Source: an uncultured Pelagibacteraceae bacterium (GTDB lineage: Bacteria > Pseudomonadota > Alphaproteobacteria > Pelagibacterales > AG-422-B15). From it: a stretch of DNA of 64,000 nucleotides. The position numbers and the translations under genes are program-made. Under the pieces are notes generated by a model. The model saw only the letters and a list, made by a program, of their open reading frames with translations, was not told the DNA's origin and made no database searches. The DNA is taken from contig CACKBQ010000004.1 of the NCBI GenBank assembly GCA_902598405.1, positions 2,756 to 66,755 on the forward strand, written 5' to 3'. Shown in pieces: positions 39,376 through 49,393 of the stretch. Within the stretch, counting starts at the first letter, position 1. Each line of letters begins with the position of its first letter.

Positions 39376-40059
39376 ATGTCTGATGAAATAGAAAAAAATA
39401 ATGTTATGAATTTTCCATCTGAGGATATGGACAATCTTAGAATTCTCGAGGCTCTTCTATTTGCAGCAAATGAACCCCTTGATGCAGAGAGTTTAAAGGC
39501 AAGATTGCCAAAGGGTACAAATTTAAACAAATTACTAAATTTAATTGAAGCTCAATATAAAAATAGGGGAGTTAATCTGGTCAAAACTGGCAATAAATGG
39601 AGCTTTAAAACTGCCACCGATCTTGCACCAATGATGAAAAAAGAAAAAATAGTTCAAAGAAAACTATCAAAGGCTGCTACTGAGACTTTGGCAATAATCG
39701 CCTATCATCAACCTGTTACAAGAGCTGAAGTTGAAGACATAAGAGGAGTTCATTTTAGTCCCGGAACTCTTGATGTTCTTATGGAGTTAAACTGGGTGAG
39801 GCCAATCGGTAGAAAGAAGGTACCAGGAAGGCCCATTATTTATGGTACAACTGAGAGGTTCTTAGAGTACTTCCAGCTAGAACAAGTAACAGATTTACCT
39901 GGACTTGAAGAATTAAAAGCAGCTGGACTTTTAGAAAGCCGCCTGCCTCCAAATTTAGACATTAGAGAACCAAAAGAAATTGATCACAGCCAGATAGAAC
40001 CATTCGGAGAAGATGAAAATATAGATGATCTGATTCAAAGTGGACATGAGGCAGAATAG
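39376..40059 (+). CDS. scpB: Segregation and condensation protein B
   Basis: EALLFA, LSKAATETLAIIAYHQPVTRAE, PGRP..YGTT. Confidence 0.95.
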   Translation: MSDEIEKNNVMNFPSEDMDNLRILEALLFAANEPLDAESLKARLPKGTNLNKLLNLIEAQYKNRGVNLVKTGNKWSFKTATDLAPMMKKEKIVQRKLSKAATETLAIIAYHQPVTRAEVEDIRGVHFSPGTLDVLMELNWVRPIGRKKVPGRPIIYGTTERFLEYFQLEQVTDLPGLEELKAAGLLESRLPPNLDIREPKEIDHSQIEPFGEDENIDDLIQSGHEAE

Positions 40060-40075
40060 AAATTAGCCTTAAATT

Positions 40076-41476
40076 GTGAAACGTCTATTTAAAGCAATCC
40101 TGTTTGCAAACATTTTTTTTTATATTTGCACTTCAATATCCTCAGACCCGTTACTGCCAGGTGGCAAAACCTCGAATGAGGTTGAAAATAAAAATAGTTT
40201 TTCACTGGTTGCAAGAAATTTAGGAGATAATTTAAAAATCAATTTTCTTGTAGGAAATGCTTTATTTGAGAGAATTTGGGAAGATGCAAAATTCTCAGAA
40301 AATATTGCAAGAGATGGTTTAGGGCCTTTTTTCAGTGCTCGTTCGTGCGAAGCATGTCATATTTCTGATGGACGAGGACATTTGCCTATAGATGAATCTG
40401 ATGACGCTGTATCTGTTGTTATTCAAATTTCAAAAAATCAGGACTCAATTTCAGATGGTATTAAAAACCTACCAGATCCCATTTACGGAAATCAAATTAG
40501 TGAATTCTCGGTTGAAAGTATTCCAAGAGAAGCGGACATTGTTATTAATTATGAATATGTTCCAATATCTTACAATGATGGTCGTATAGTCGAATTAAGA
40601 AAGCCTGTAATTAAAATTAGAAATTTTTATTACGGAGATATCAATGAAGATACAAACTTTTCAGCAAGAATCGCACAACCAATGATTGGTCTAGGTTTAA
40701 TTGAAAACATTAGTGAAACGGATATTTTAATAAATGCAGATGTGAATGACATAAACGGTGATGGAATATCTGGAAAAGCAAATATTGTTTGGCATTATGA
40801 AAAAAATGATTATTCCCTTGGTCGGTTTGGCTGGAAAGCATCACAACCTACGGTTTACCAACAAACTGCAGATGCCTTTTTTCATGACATGGGTTTATCA
40901 AATAAACTTTTTGAAAACCCATTAAACTGTACTGATTTGCAATTAAGCTGTCAAAATGCAGTCAGTGGAAATAGCGAAAGCTATGATGGCTATGAAGTTT
41001 CTAATGATCAATTGGATCTAGTGGTTTTTTATTCATCGCAACTTGGTGTGCCAGTAAGAAGAAACGCGAAAGATATTAACGTGGTGAAAGGTAAAGAAAT
41101 ATTTTTTAAAATTGGTTGCAATTCTTGTCATACTGAGAGATTTGTTACAAAAAATGAAAGTACGCATCAAAATTTAGCCAATCAAATCATATACCCTTAT
41201 TCTGATTTTTTGTTGCATGATATGGGTGAACAGTTGTCTGATGGTGTTTATGAATTCAATGCCAGTGGCTCTGAGTGGAGAACACCCCCTTTGTGGGGAA
41301 TAGGGTTGACATCAGTGGTATCTGCAGAATATGGATTTTTACATGATGGCAGAGCTCGAACAATTGAGGAGGCTATATTATGGCACGGCGGGGAAGCCTC
41401 TAGAGTGTTAGAAGAGTTCAAATCATTAGATAAAAATCAAGTAAATCAATTAATTAGCTTTGTAAATTCTCTATAA
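40076..41476 (+). CDS. Di-haem oxidoreductase (DHOR) family protein
   Basis: Signal-like N-terminus, DGLGPFF, two CxxCH motifs (CEACH, CNSCH), GRFGWKA, SDFLLHDMG, EWRTPPLWG, LHDGRA. Confidence 0.9.
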   Translation: MKRLFKAILFANIFFYICTSISSDPLLPGGKTSNEVENKNSFSLVARNLGDNLKINFLVGNALFERIWEDAKFSENIARDGLGPFFSARSCEACHISDGRGHLPIDESDDAVSVVIQISKNQDSISDGIKNLPDPIYGNQISEFSVESIPREADIVINYEYVPISYNDGRIVELRKPVIKIRNFYYGDINEDTNFSARIAQPMIGLGLIENISETDILINADVNDINGDGISGKANIVWHYEKNDYSLGRFGWKASQPTVYQQTADAFFHDMGLSNKLFENPLNCTDLQLSCQNAVSGNSESYDGYEVSNDQLDLVVFYSSQLGVPVRRNAKDINVVKGKEIFFKIGCNSCHTERFVTKNESTHQNLANQIIYPYSDFLLHDMGEQLSDGVYEFNASGSEWRTPPLWGIGLTSVVSAEYGFLHDGRARTIEEAILWHGGEASRVLEEFKSLDKNQVNQLISFVNSL

Positions 41477-41506
41477 AATCAAATCGGTAAAGTGCGTCAT
41501 ATTTGC

Positions 41507-41527
41507 TATTGATAATCATTCTCAATA
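41507..41527 (+). promoter_or_regulatory. Fur-type iron box
   Basis: TATTGATAAT-C-ATTCTCAATA near-perfect 10-1-10 inverted repeat, 49 bp upstream of the Fe(III)-binding protein gene. Confidence 0.8.
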
Positions 41528-41575
41528 AGATATATAGAATGAAACTTAGTATCATTCTAAAGAAGGGAAAAATTT

Positions 41576-42607
41576 ATGAATTCAGTATTAAGATTCTTAG
41601 CAATAGCTGTAATTAGTTTTGTAACAGTTGGTAGTTCATTCGCTAAAGAAGTCAATTTGTATACGTCAAGGCATTATGATTCAGACGATGCATTATATCA
41701 AAAGTTTACGGATGCTACTGGCATCAAAGTAAACGTTATTTCAGGTAAAGGAAAAGCATTAATGGAAAGACTTGCTTCAGAAGGAGCAAATTCTCCTGCT
41801 GATGTCTTTATTACTGTTGATGCTGGTAATCTATGGAAAGTTCAAAAAGATGGAATGTTCCAAAGTATTAACTCAAGTACTATCGATTCAATTGTGCCTG
41901 AAAACTTAAGAGGCCCAAACAATGAGTGGGTGGGAATAGCTAAACGCTCTCGAGTGATTTATTATAATCCAGTAAATGTTTCTGCAGAGGATATGGAAGG
42001 GCTTACGTATGAAGATCTTTCAGATCCAAAATGGAAAGGCAGAGTTGCAATAAGAAGTTCTGGCAATATGTACAATCAGTCTTTAGTTGCCTCATTGATT
42101 GCTAATAATGGTGTCGATGCTACCGAAAAGTGGGCACACAGATTTGTAGGCAATTTTGCAAGAAAACCTGAAGGTAATGACAGAGCACAAATTATGGCAG
42201 TTGCAAATGGCGAAGCAGATGTTGCTGTAGCGAATAGTTACTACATTGGTTTGATGTTATCTGGTAAAAAAGGCGAAGAACAGCAAGCCGCTGCCAGAAA
42301 AGTTGAACTTCATTTCCCAGGCCAAGATGGACGAGGAGCTCATATTAATGTAAGTGGAGCTGGTCTTATGAAAAATGCTCCAAATGCAGGTAATGCTGTT
42401 AAGTTCATAGAGTTCTTGCTTAGTGAAGAAGCTCAAAGTCACATAGTTAATAACACTTACGAGTTTCCTATGCTTGAAGGTGTTGCACCTAGTGATTTAA
42501 TAGCTCAATTTGGTTCTGGTTTTAAAGAAGATCAGACTTCAGTTGCAAGCTATGGTGAATTCAATCCTGATGCTGTTAAGTTGATGGATAGAGTTGGTTG
42601 GCAATAA
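41576..42607 (+). CDS. futA: Fe(III) ABC transporter substrate-binding protein (FutA/FbpA family)
   Basis: VNLYTSRHY, SPADV..TVDAGNL, YNQSL, GNDRAQ, NSYY, HINVSG. Confidence 0.9.
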   Translation: MNSVLRFLAIAVISFVTVGSSFAKEVNLYTSRHYDSDDALYQKFTDATGIKVNVISGKGKALMERLASEGANSPADVFITVDAGNLWKVQKDGMFQSINSSTIDSIVPENLRGPNNEWVGIAKRSRVIYYNPVNVSAEDMEGLTYEDLSDPKWKGRVAIRSSGNMYNQSLVASLIANNGVDATEKWAHRFVGNFARKPEGNDRAQIMAVANGEADVAVANSYYIGLMLSGKKGEEQQAAARKVELHFPGQDGRGAHINVSGAGLMKNAPNAGNAVKFIEFLLSEEAQSHIVNNTYEFPMLEGVAPSDLIAQFGSGFKEDQTSVASYGEFNPDAVKLMDRVGWQ

Positions 42608-42620
42608 TTTATCGCTAACC

Positions 42621-42695
42621 AGTTTGAGGTAATTTGGCCACCGTCTCTTCTTCTCATTAGTATCCAAGGTCAAATTACCTCAACTAAATTGAGGT
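42621..42695 (+). promoter_or_regulatory. Intergenic RNA structure: 16-bp hairpin with an alternative RBS-sequestering hairpin
   Basis: TTGAGGTAATTTGGCC (42624-42639) pairs with GGTCAAATTACCTCAA (42668-42683). ACCTCAA can also pair with TTGAGGT (42689-42695). Confidence 0.65.
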
Positions 42696-42702
42696 TATAT
42701 TT

Positions 42703-43236
42703 ATGAATAGATTACCAAATGTAACATTTAAGATCAGGTCTCAAAATGAATTTGAGACTGGGGAAATGTGTTATCTTGAAGGAGACAAGGCATGGATGTC
42801 AATTTCCTCTAGCGATTTATTCTCAGAAAAAAGAGTTTTAATATTTTCATTACCGGGCGCCTTTACTCCAACTTGTTCATCACAGCAATTGCCTGCATTT
42901 GATGAGAAATTTGAAGCTTTTAAAAACTTAGGAATTGATGAAGTATTTTGTGTCTCCGTTAATGATTCATATGTCATGAACGCTTGGAGTAACTATATGG
43001 GCGTTAAAAATGTGCAAATGATTCCAGATGGAACGGGTCAATTTACAAGGATGATGGGCATGCTTATTAATAAAGATCATAATGGATTCGGTATGAGGTC
43101 TTGGAGATATGCAGTTGTTGCAAATAATATGGAAATTGAACAGATGTTTATCGAGCCAGGTCTTAATGATACAGGAAATGATGATGATCCTTATATTGAA
43201 ACAAATCCTGATAATATATTAGAGTTTCTTAAATAA
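42703..43236 (+). CDS. Peroxiredoxin (Prx5/redoxin family)
   Basis: LPGAFTPTCS, SVNDSYVMNAW, PDGTG.F, GMRSWRY. Confidence 0.93.
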   Translation: MNRLPNVTFKIRSQNEFETGEMCYLEGDKAWMSISSSDLFSEKRVLIFSLPGAFTPTCSSQQLPAFDEKFEAFKNLGIDEVFCVSVNDSYVMNAWSNYMGVKNVQMIPDGTGQFTRMMGMLINKDHNGFGMRSWRYAVVANNMEIEQMFIEPGLNDTGNDDDPYIETNPDNILEFLK

Positions 43237-43261
43237 ATAGTATAGATAACAGCAACTATTT

Positions 43262-44875
43262 ATGAAGTTAGATTTTTGGCAAATTACTCCGGTTGCAACA
43301 TTTGCAATTTTTATTGCTCCTGTATTTATTGTGCTATTCAGTCTTGCTGGTGATTACTCTGAAAACTGGACACATTTGTATAACCATGTACTTTTTGGTT
43401 ATATAGAAAATTCTATTTATTTAGTTCTTGGGGTCTCAATTATGGTTGCCATAATTGGTGTTGGCACTGCCTGGCTGGTAACCAACTATAATTTTACAGG
43501 AAAAAATATTTTTGAATGGGCGTTAATTTTACCACTTGCTGTACCTCCATATATACTTGCTTACACTTTTACTGGTTTATTCGATACCTTTGGTACTGCG
43601 AATAATTTAATAAGGGATCTTTTTGGGCTCGGTGCAGATTTTATTTTTTTTCCTAAAGTAAGAAATGTTCCTGGAGCGATTGTAGTATTTTCCTTCACCC
43701 TATACCCATATGTATATCTTGTGAGCAGAATGGCCTTTATAAATCAATCTAGATCAATTCTTGAAGCGGGTAGAACTCTTGGACTTGGTAAACTAGAAGT
43801 ATTTTATAAATTAGCTGTTCCAATGATTAGACCTGCAATTATTGGGGGCCTCATGCTCGTAATCATGGAAACTTTATCTGATTTCGGAGCAGTTGATCAC
43901 TTCGCTATTTCAACTTTTACAACTGGAATATTCAGAACATGGTACGGCATGTATGATATTGAAACTGCAAAGCAGTTAGCTTCATTGTTACTCATATTTG
44001 CAATTTTATTAATTATATCTGAACGTTACTCTCGAAAAAATGCTAGATATTCAAATGCCAGCTCAGTCTTTAAGCCGCTTTATTTAGCTAGGCTGAAAGG
44101 TAGTTCAAATATTTTAGCAATATTAATCTGTTTCGTTCCAATCTTTGTTGGTTTTTTATTGCCTGTGATGGAACTTGGGTACTGGGCATTTAATTACAAG
44201 TTAGATTTTTTTAATGATAAGTTTCTTACGACTGCATGGAATACATTTTACTTAGCAATAATAGCAGCTTTCTTATGCAGTCTATTAGCTGTTCTTATAA
44301 ATTTTTCAATTAGATATAAAAAAAATAATTATCTGAAGTCTATGAGTTCATTTTTGACTGTTGGATATGCGGTGCCAGGTTTGATACTTGCAATTGGCGT
44401 TATGCAGCTACTTACATTTTTAGACAGAAACATTGGAGATTATTATTTTGATTTTGTACTTACAGGTAGTCTAGTTGGATTAGTTTTAGCTTATATAATA
44501 AAATCCTATGCGCTCTCAAGTTCTACGATTGAAGCTGGATATCAGCGTATAAATATGAGAATTGATGATGTAGCAAAAACACTTAAAACATCAGGCTGGT
44601 CTCTCTTATCTTCAGTTCATTTGCCATTATTAAAAACTAGTTTTCTAACAAGCATGTTATTGGTAGTTTCAGAAGTCATAAAAGAACTTCCCGCAACGCT
44701 TATTTTGAGACCATTTAATTTTGATACATTAGCCGTATATACTTATATTTATGCAGCAGAAGAAAGAATGTACGATGCTGCTGCACCTTCTATTGCAATA
44801 GTTATGGTAGGGCTTATTCCAATAATAATATTGACTAGAATGATCAGAAGTTCTAGACCTGCATCAAGAGATTAA
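43262..44875 (+). CDS. fbpB: Fe(III) ABC transporter permease (FutB/FbpB family)
   Basis: LPLAVPPY, LYPYVYL, LSDFGAV, KELPATL.LRPFNFDTLA. Confidence 0.9.
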   Translation: MKLDFWQITPVATFAIFIAPVFIVLFSLAGDYSENWTHLYNHVLFGYIENSIYLVLGVSIMVAIIGVGTAWLVTNYNFTGKNIFEWALILPLAVPPYILAYTFTGLFDTFGTANNLIRDLFGLGADFIFFPKVRNVPGAIVVFSFTLYPYVYLVSRMAFINQSRSILEAGRTLGLGKLEVFYKLAVPMIRPAIIGGLMLVIMETLSDFGAVDHFAISTFTTGIFRTWYGMYDIETAKQLASLLLIFAILLIISERYSRKNARYSNASSVFKPLYLARLKGSSNILAILICFVPIFVGFLLPVMELGYWAFNYKLDFFNDKFLTTAWNTFYLAIIAAFLCSLLAVLINFSIRYKKNNYLKSMSSFLTVGYAVPGLILAIGVMQLLTFLDRNIGDYYFDFVLTGSLVGLVLAYIIKSYALSSSTIEAGYQRINMRIDDVAKTLKTSGWSLLSSVHLPLLKTSFLTSMLLVVSEVIKELPATLILRPFNFDTLAVYTYIYAAEERMYDAAAPSIAIVMVGLIPIIILTRMIRSSRPASRD

Positions 44876-44877
44876 AA

Positions 44878-45591
44878 ATGGATATAATTCTTGAACTAAA
44901 AAATATAAAACACAGCTTCACAAGAGATAATGAAGTTTTAAAAGATGTTTCTCTACAAGTAAATCGAGGGGAGATAATTACAATCTTAGGACCTTCTGGA
45001 TGTGGCAAAACTACTTTGCTAAGAATTATTGCAGGTCTAGAAGAACAATCAGCAGGTACAGTATCGATAGATAATGAAATTGTTTCAGGGCATTTAAATC
45101 ATGTAAATACTGAGGAACGAAATATTGGATTGGTTGTTCAGGAAAGAGCATTGTTTCCACACCTCTCGATTGTGAATAATGTAAAATTTGGAATAAAAGG
45201 TAATAACAAATATAATACCGAGAGAGCTATGAGTTTATTAAAGCTATTTAGTGTTGAGAGATATGCAAAAAACTATCCTCATGAAATATCAAGCGGTGAA
45301 CAACAAAGGGTTGCATTAGCAAGAGCAATGGCGCCAAATCCAAAAATTTTGTTAATGGATGAACCTTTTGGAGCTTTGGATAAGGAATTAAAAGTAAGAT
45401 TGAGATCTGAAACAAATAAAATTCTTCGAGATAACCTCACTACAACTATCATTGTTTCTCACGATACTGATGACGCGCTAGCAATGTCTGATAGAGTTTT
45501 AATTATGAAAGATGGTAATTTTATTCAAAACGGCAAACCTGAAGATGTCATCTCTATAAACTCAACCGCATCTCAAAAAAACCTTATTTAA
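44878..45591 (+). CDS. fbpC: Fe(III) ABC transporter ATPase (short form)
   Basis: GPSGCGKT, ALFPHL, SSGEQQR, MDEPF; 237 aa. Confidence 0.82.
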   Translation: MDIILELKNIKHSFTRDNEVLKDVSLQVNRGEIITILGPSGCGKTTLLRIIAGLEEQSAGTVSIDNEIVSGHLNHVNTEERNIGLVVQERALFPHLSIVNNVKFGIKGNNKYNTERAMSLLKLFSVERYAKNYPHEISSGEQQRVALARAMAPNPKILLMDEPFGALDKELKVRLRSETNKILRDNLTTTIIVSHDTDDALAMSDRVLIMKDGNFIQNGKPEDVISINSTASQKNLI

Positions 45592-45674
45592 TTACCTTTT
45601 ATTTGATGGTAATTTTTAACTTTTACTAATAAGGTATTAATATATATATATTATTAGAAATAATTGAGGAACAA

Positions 45675-45857
45675 ATGGGTATTAGTTTTTGGCAAATATT
45701 AATCGTTGTAGCGCTTCTTGTTATACTTTTCGGTAGAGGAAAAATATCTGAATTAATGGGTGACGTAGCTAAAGGTGTAAAAAGTTTTAAAAAAGGCATC
45801 AACGACGATGATGAACCAAAGTCAATAAATAAATCAGACGAAGACTCCAAAGATTAA
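45675..45857 (+). CDS. tatA: Twin-arginine translocase subunit A
   Basis: [24 protein letters not shown]; GAGGA RBS. Confidence 0.95.
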   Translation: MGISFWQILIVVALLVILFGRGKISELMGDVAKGVKSFKKGINDDDEPKSINKSDEDSKD

Positions 45858-45872
45858 CCTTAAGTAATTGTT

Positions 45873-46169
45873 ATGTTACCTGGTATCGGAGGAGTAGAGT
45901 ATCTTGTCATTGCAGCATTAATTATCATTTTTGTTGGACCGAAAGATTTGCCGGCAGTATTAAGAACTTTTGGCAGGTGGTGGGGTAAAATTAGAAACTT
46001 CTCAAGAGAATTTAGATCTAGTATCAATGAGATAGCAAAAGAAACAGGTGTAGATGATATTAAGTCTAAAGTTGAAAATACAAATCCCAAAAACTTTACA
46101 GACGAGATGCGTGACTCGATAAATAAAAATATTATTCAGTCAGAAAATCAGAAAAAAGAAAATGAGTGA
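45873..46169 (+). CDS. tatB: Twin-arginine translocase subunit B
   Basis: E..VI......VGPKDLP...RT.G; lies between tatA and tatC. Confidence 0.92.
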   Translation: MLPGIGGVEYLVIAALIIIFVGPKDLPAVLRTFGRWWGKIRNFSREFRSSINEIAKETGVDDIKSKVENTNPKNFTDEMRDSINKNIIQSENQKKENE

Positions 46170-46938
46170 TACAAATGAAACACTTGATGAAGGAAAGCAA
46201 CCTTTAATTCAACATCTTGTAGAACTAAGAAGCAGACTTATTAAATCACTAATTTTGATTACTGTTATGTTTGTTGTTGCATATATCTTTGCAGACACAA
46301 TTTATAACTTTTTAGTTCAACCATATGCCGATGCTGTACAAGGTGAATCTGGCAGAAGGCTTATATTTACTGCTTTACACGAAACCTTTTTTACTTATTT
46401 AAAAGTAGCACTATTTGCCTCTATTTTTGTTTCTCTTCCATTTATACTGATACAAATTTGGATTTTTGTTGCACCTGGTCTTTATCGCAATGAGAAAACT
46501 GTTGTTATTCCATATTTAATTGCAACGCCAATATTATTCTTGTTAGGAGCGGCATTGGTTTATTATTTTATTATGCCACTTGCTATCAAATTCTTTCTAT
46601 CTTTCGAGTCGATTGGTGGCCAAGGAACATTACCAATCCAATTAGAAGCTAAGGTAAATGAGTATTTAAGCTTAATTATGCGTCTAATATTTGCATTCGG
46701 TATCAGTTTTCAACTACCAGTTCTTTTGACATTGTTAGCAAGAGTAGGTTTTGTCAGTTCTGAAGGATTAAGAAAAAATAGAAAGTATGTGATTGTAGGA
46801 GTTTTTGCAGTAGCAGCTATTTTAACACCACCTGACCCGATCTCCCAAATAGGGCTTGGAATACCAATATTATTGCTGTATGAAATTTCAATATTTGCTG
46901 TAAAATTTATCGAAGGAAAAAAACCTAAATCCGAGTAA
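46162..46938 (+). CDS. tatC: Twin-arginine translocase subunit C
   Basis: HLVELRSRL, FVAPGLY..E, FQLP, LTPPDPISQ. Confidence 0.96.
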   Translation: MSDTNETLDEGKQPLIQHLVELRSRLIKSLILITVMFVVAYIFADTIYNFLVQPYADAVQGESGRRLIFTALHETFFTYLKVALFASIFVSLPFILIQIWIFVAPGLYRNEKTVVIPYLIATPILFLLGAALVYYFIMPLAIKFFLSFESIGGQGTLPIQLEAKVNEYLSLIMRLIFAFGISFQLPVLLTLLARVGFVSSEGLRKNRKYVIVGVFAVAAILTPPDPISQIGLGIPILLLYEISIFAVKFIEGKKPKSE

Positions 46939-46941
46939 AAC

Positions 46942-48210
46942 ATGCATGACATTAAGAAAATAAGGGAGAATCCCTCAGGTTTAGATGAGTTATTAGCCAA
47001 AAGAAAACATCCGCCAGTTTCAAATCAGATAATTGAATTAGATGAAAAGAACAGGGAAATTATTGGCGAGCTTCAAGTTATTCAAGAAGAGAGAAACGCC
47101 AAGTCAAAGCTCATAGGAGAATATGCGGCTAATGGTAAAAATGATGAAGCCGCTAAGTTAAAGGCCGAAGTTACAAGTTTAAAAGATAAAATGCAGGAGT
47201 TAGAGAATAGTCAAAGAGAAAAACAAGAAGAACTCAATACTGTTTTATCTTCTTTACCTAATAATCCAGCAGATGATGTGCCGGTTGGAGATGAAAGTTT
47301 AAATAAAGAAATTAAGCTGGAAGGCAACAAAAAAGAATTTACTTTTACTCCAAAAGAACACGATGAATTAGGCGAAAACCTCGATATGATGAGTTTTGAA
47401 AAAGCCACAAAAATCTCTGGAGCGAGGTTTGTTGTACAAAGTGGCTTGATTGCTAAAATGGAAAGAGCAATATCTAATTTTATGTTAGATCTTCATACAA
47501 ATGAATTTGGATACACAGAGATGAATGTTCCTATACTTGTTAAAGACCAATCAGTTTATGGTGTGGGACAGCTTCCTAAGTTTAAAGATGATTTATTTAA
47601 AACAACCGATGACTATTGGCTTATACCAACGGCCGAGGTTCCTCTTAGTAATATGACTAGAGAGTCAATTATTGATATTTTAGATTTACCTAAACGATAT
47701 GTATCTCATACGCCATGTTTCAGATCTGAAGCTGGCGCAGCAGGTAAAGATACAAGAGGTATTATGAGACAACATCAATTTTATAAAGTTGAGCTTGTTA
47801 GTTTAACATCAGAAAGTCAATCTAAGGATGAACATGAAAGAATGTTAAGTTGCGCAGAGGAAGTTTTAAAAAGATTAAACCTTCATTATAGAGTTGTCAT
47901 ATTGTCTTCTGAGGATATGGGTTTTGCTGCACAAAAAACATATGATATTGAAGTATGGTTGCCTGGTCAAAATGCTTACAGAGAAATATCTAGTTGCTCT
48001 AATTGCGGAGATTTTCAAGCAAGAAGAATGAACTCTCGCTATAAAGAAGGTAAAGAAACTAAATTTTTGCATACATTAAATGGATCAGGCTTAGCCGTAG
48101 GACGAACCTTAATATCTATTCTTGAAAATTATCAAAATGAAGATGGGACCATTCAGGTGCCAGATGCTCTTATTCCATACATGGGCGGAATAAATCAAAT
48201 TTCAAGTTAA
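46942..48210 (+). CDS. serS: Serine--tRNA ligase
   Basis: LIPTAEVP, FRSEAG, RQHQF.KVE, EISSCSNC, HTLNGSGLAVGR. Confidence 0.97.
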   Translation: MHDIKKIRENPSGLDELLAKRKHPPVSNQIIELDEKNREIIGELQVIQEERNAKSKLIGEYAANGKNDEAAKLKAEVTSLKDKMQELENSQREKQEELNTVLSSLPNNPADDVPVGDESLNKEIKLEGNKKEFTFTPKEHDELGENLDMMSFEKATKISGARFVVQSGLIAKMERAISNFMLDLHTNEFGYTEMNVPILVKDQSVYGVGQLPKFKDDLFKTTDDYWLIPTAEVPLSNMTRESIIDILDLPKRYVSHTPCFRSEAGAAGKDTRGIMRQHQFYKVELVSLTSESQSKDEHERMLSCAEEVLKRLNLHYRVVILSSEDMGFAAQKTYDIEVWLPGQNAYREISSCSNCGDFQARRMNSRYKEGKETKFLHTLNGSGLAVGRTLISILENYQNEDGTIQVPDALIPYMGGINQISS

Positions 48211-48219
48211 TTCATCTAT

Positions 48220-49044
48220 ATGTCAGTTATTAATCTTAATGAAGCGAGGATATTAATTACAAATGATGATGGAATATCTGCAGAGGGTATTAAAATACTA
48301 AGAGCTATTGCTAATGAATTTTCAAATGATGTCTGGGTCGTTGCACCTGAATATGAAAAAAGTGGTGCATCACATGCTTTGTCTTTTCAAAACGAATTAA
48401 CACTTAAAAAGTACGAAGAGAAGACATTCTCAGTTAATGGTACTCCTAGCGATTGTGTTGCAATTGGTATAAGCAATGTTTTAAAAGATAAAAGACCAGA
48501 TTTAATTCTGTCAGGTATCAATAGTGGCTGCAATGTTGGAGAGGATGTTACATATTCAGGCACAATTGCTGCAGCAATGGAAGGTTTAATTAGACGCATT
48601 CCATCAATTGCAATCAGTCAAAATTATGAAGCTGGCAAAAAAAATCAAATTGTTTGGGATGCTTCGAAAAAATTTTTAAAAAATATTTTACTTGAACTTA
48701 CAATTCTTGGCTGGCCAAATAATGTATTTATGAATATTAATTTTCCTTATTGCACAGCTAATTTAGTTAAAAGTATACAGATAACAACACAAGGAAACAG
48801 GGAAACTGACGACTTGATAATTAATGAAGTTCAGAAGTCAAAATTCAGATTCGGTTTACGGAGGCGGCTTGAAGAAAATGTTAATCTAAGTATTCCTCCA
48901 CTAAATGAAACAGTTGAGGGATATATGAGTGATGTAGAGGCACTGGCAGATCATCACATATCAATAACACCTCTTCATTTAGATCTTACGCATCACAAAA
49001 GTCTAAGTGATTTAAAAAAAGGTTTAAAAACTGATCTAAATTAA
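48220..49044 (+). CDS. surE: 5'/3'-nucleotidase SurE
   Basis: ILITNDDG, GTPSDC, SGINSG.N, YSGT.AAA.EG. Confidence 0.95.
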   Translation: MSVINLNEARILITNDDGISAEGIKILRAIANEFSNDVWVVAPEYEKSGASHALSFQNELTLKKYEEKTFSVNGTPSDCVAIGISNVLKDKRPDLILSGINSGCNVGEDVTYSGTIAAAMEGLIRRIPSIAISQNYEAGKKNQIVWDASKKFLKNILLELTILGWPNNVFMNINFPYCTANLVKSIQITTQGNRETDDLIINEVQKSKFRFGLRRRLEENVNLSIPPLNETVEGYMSDVEALADHHISITPLHLDLTHHKSLSDLKKGLKTDLN

Positions 49045-49108
49045 TTATTTAGTTCAAAAATATTACCTAAGTATGTATATTGCCTAAGTTATTTTAAAGG
49101 AGAATTTC

Positions 49109-49387
49109 ATGGAACAAATGCTCATTCAACTAATGCCATTATTCTTAATTTTTGCGATTTTTTATTTTTTATTGATAAGACCTCAGCAAAGAAGAGCAAA
49201 AGAACATAGAGAGATGGTTGCTGCTGTTCAGCGAGGTGACAAGATCGTCAGCTCAGGAGGAGTCAGAGGAAAAGTAGTCAAAGTAATCGGAGATACTGAT
49301 GTGGAGGTTGAAATATCCTCAGGAGTAAATGTTGTAATGATTAAATCAACAATTGCCGAAGTAGAGAAAGTAAATACATCACAATAA
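49109..49387 (+). CDS. yajC: Preprotein translocase subunit YajC
   Basis: FYFLLIRPQQ, GD...GG..G. Confidence 0.95.
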   Translation: MEQMLIQLMPLFLIFAIFYFLLIRPQQRRAKEHREMVAAVQRGDKIVSSGGVRGKVVKVIGDTDVEVEISSGVNVVMIKSTIAEVEKVNTSQ

Positions 49388-49393
49388 ATTTTC

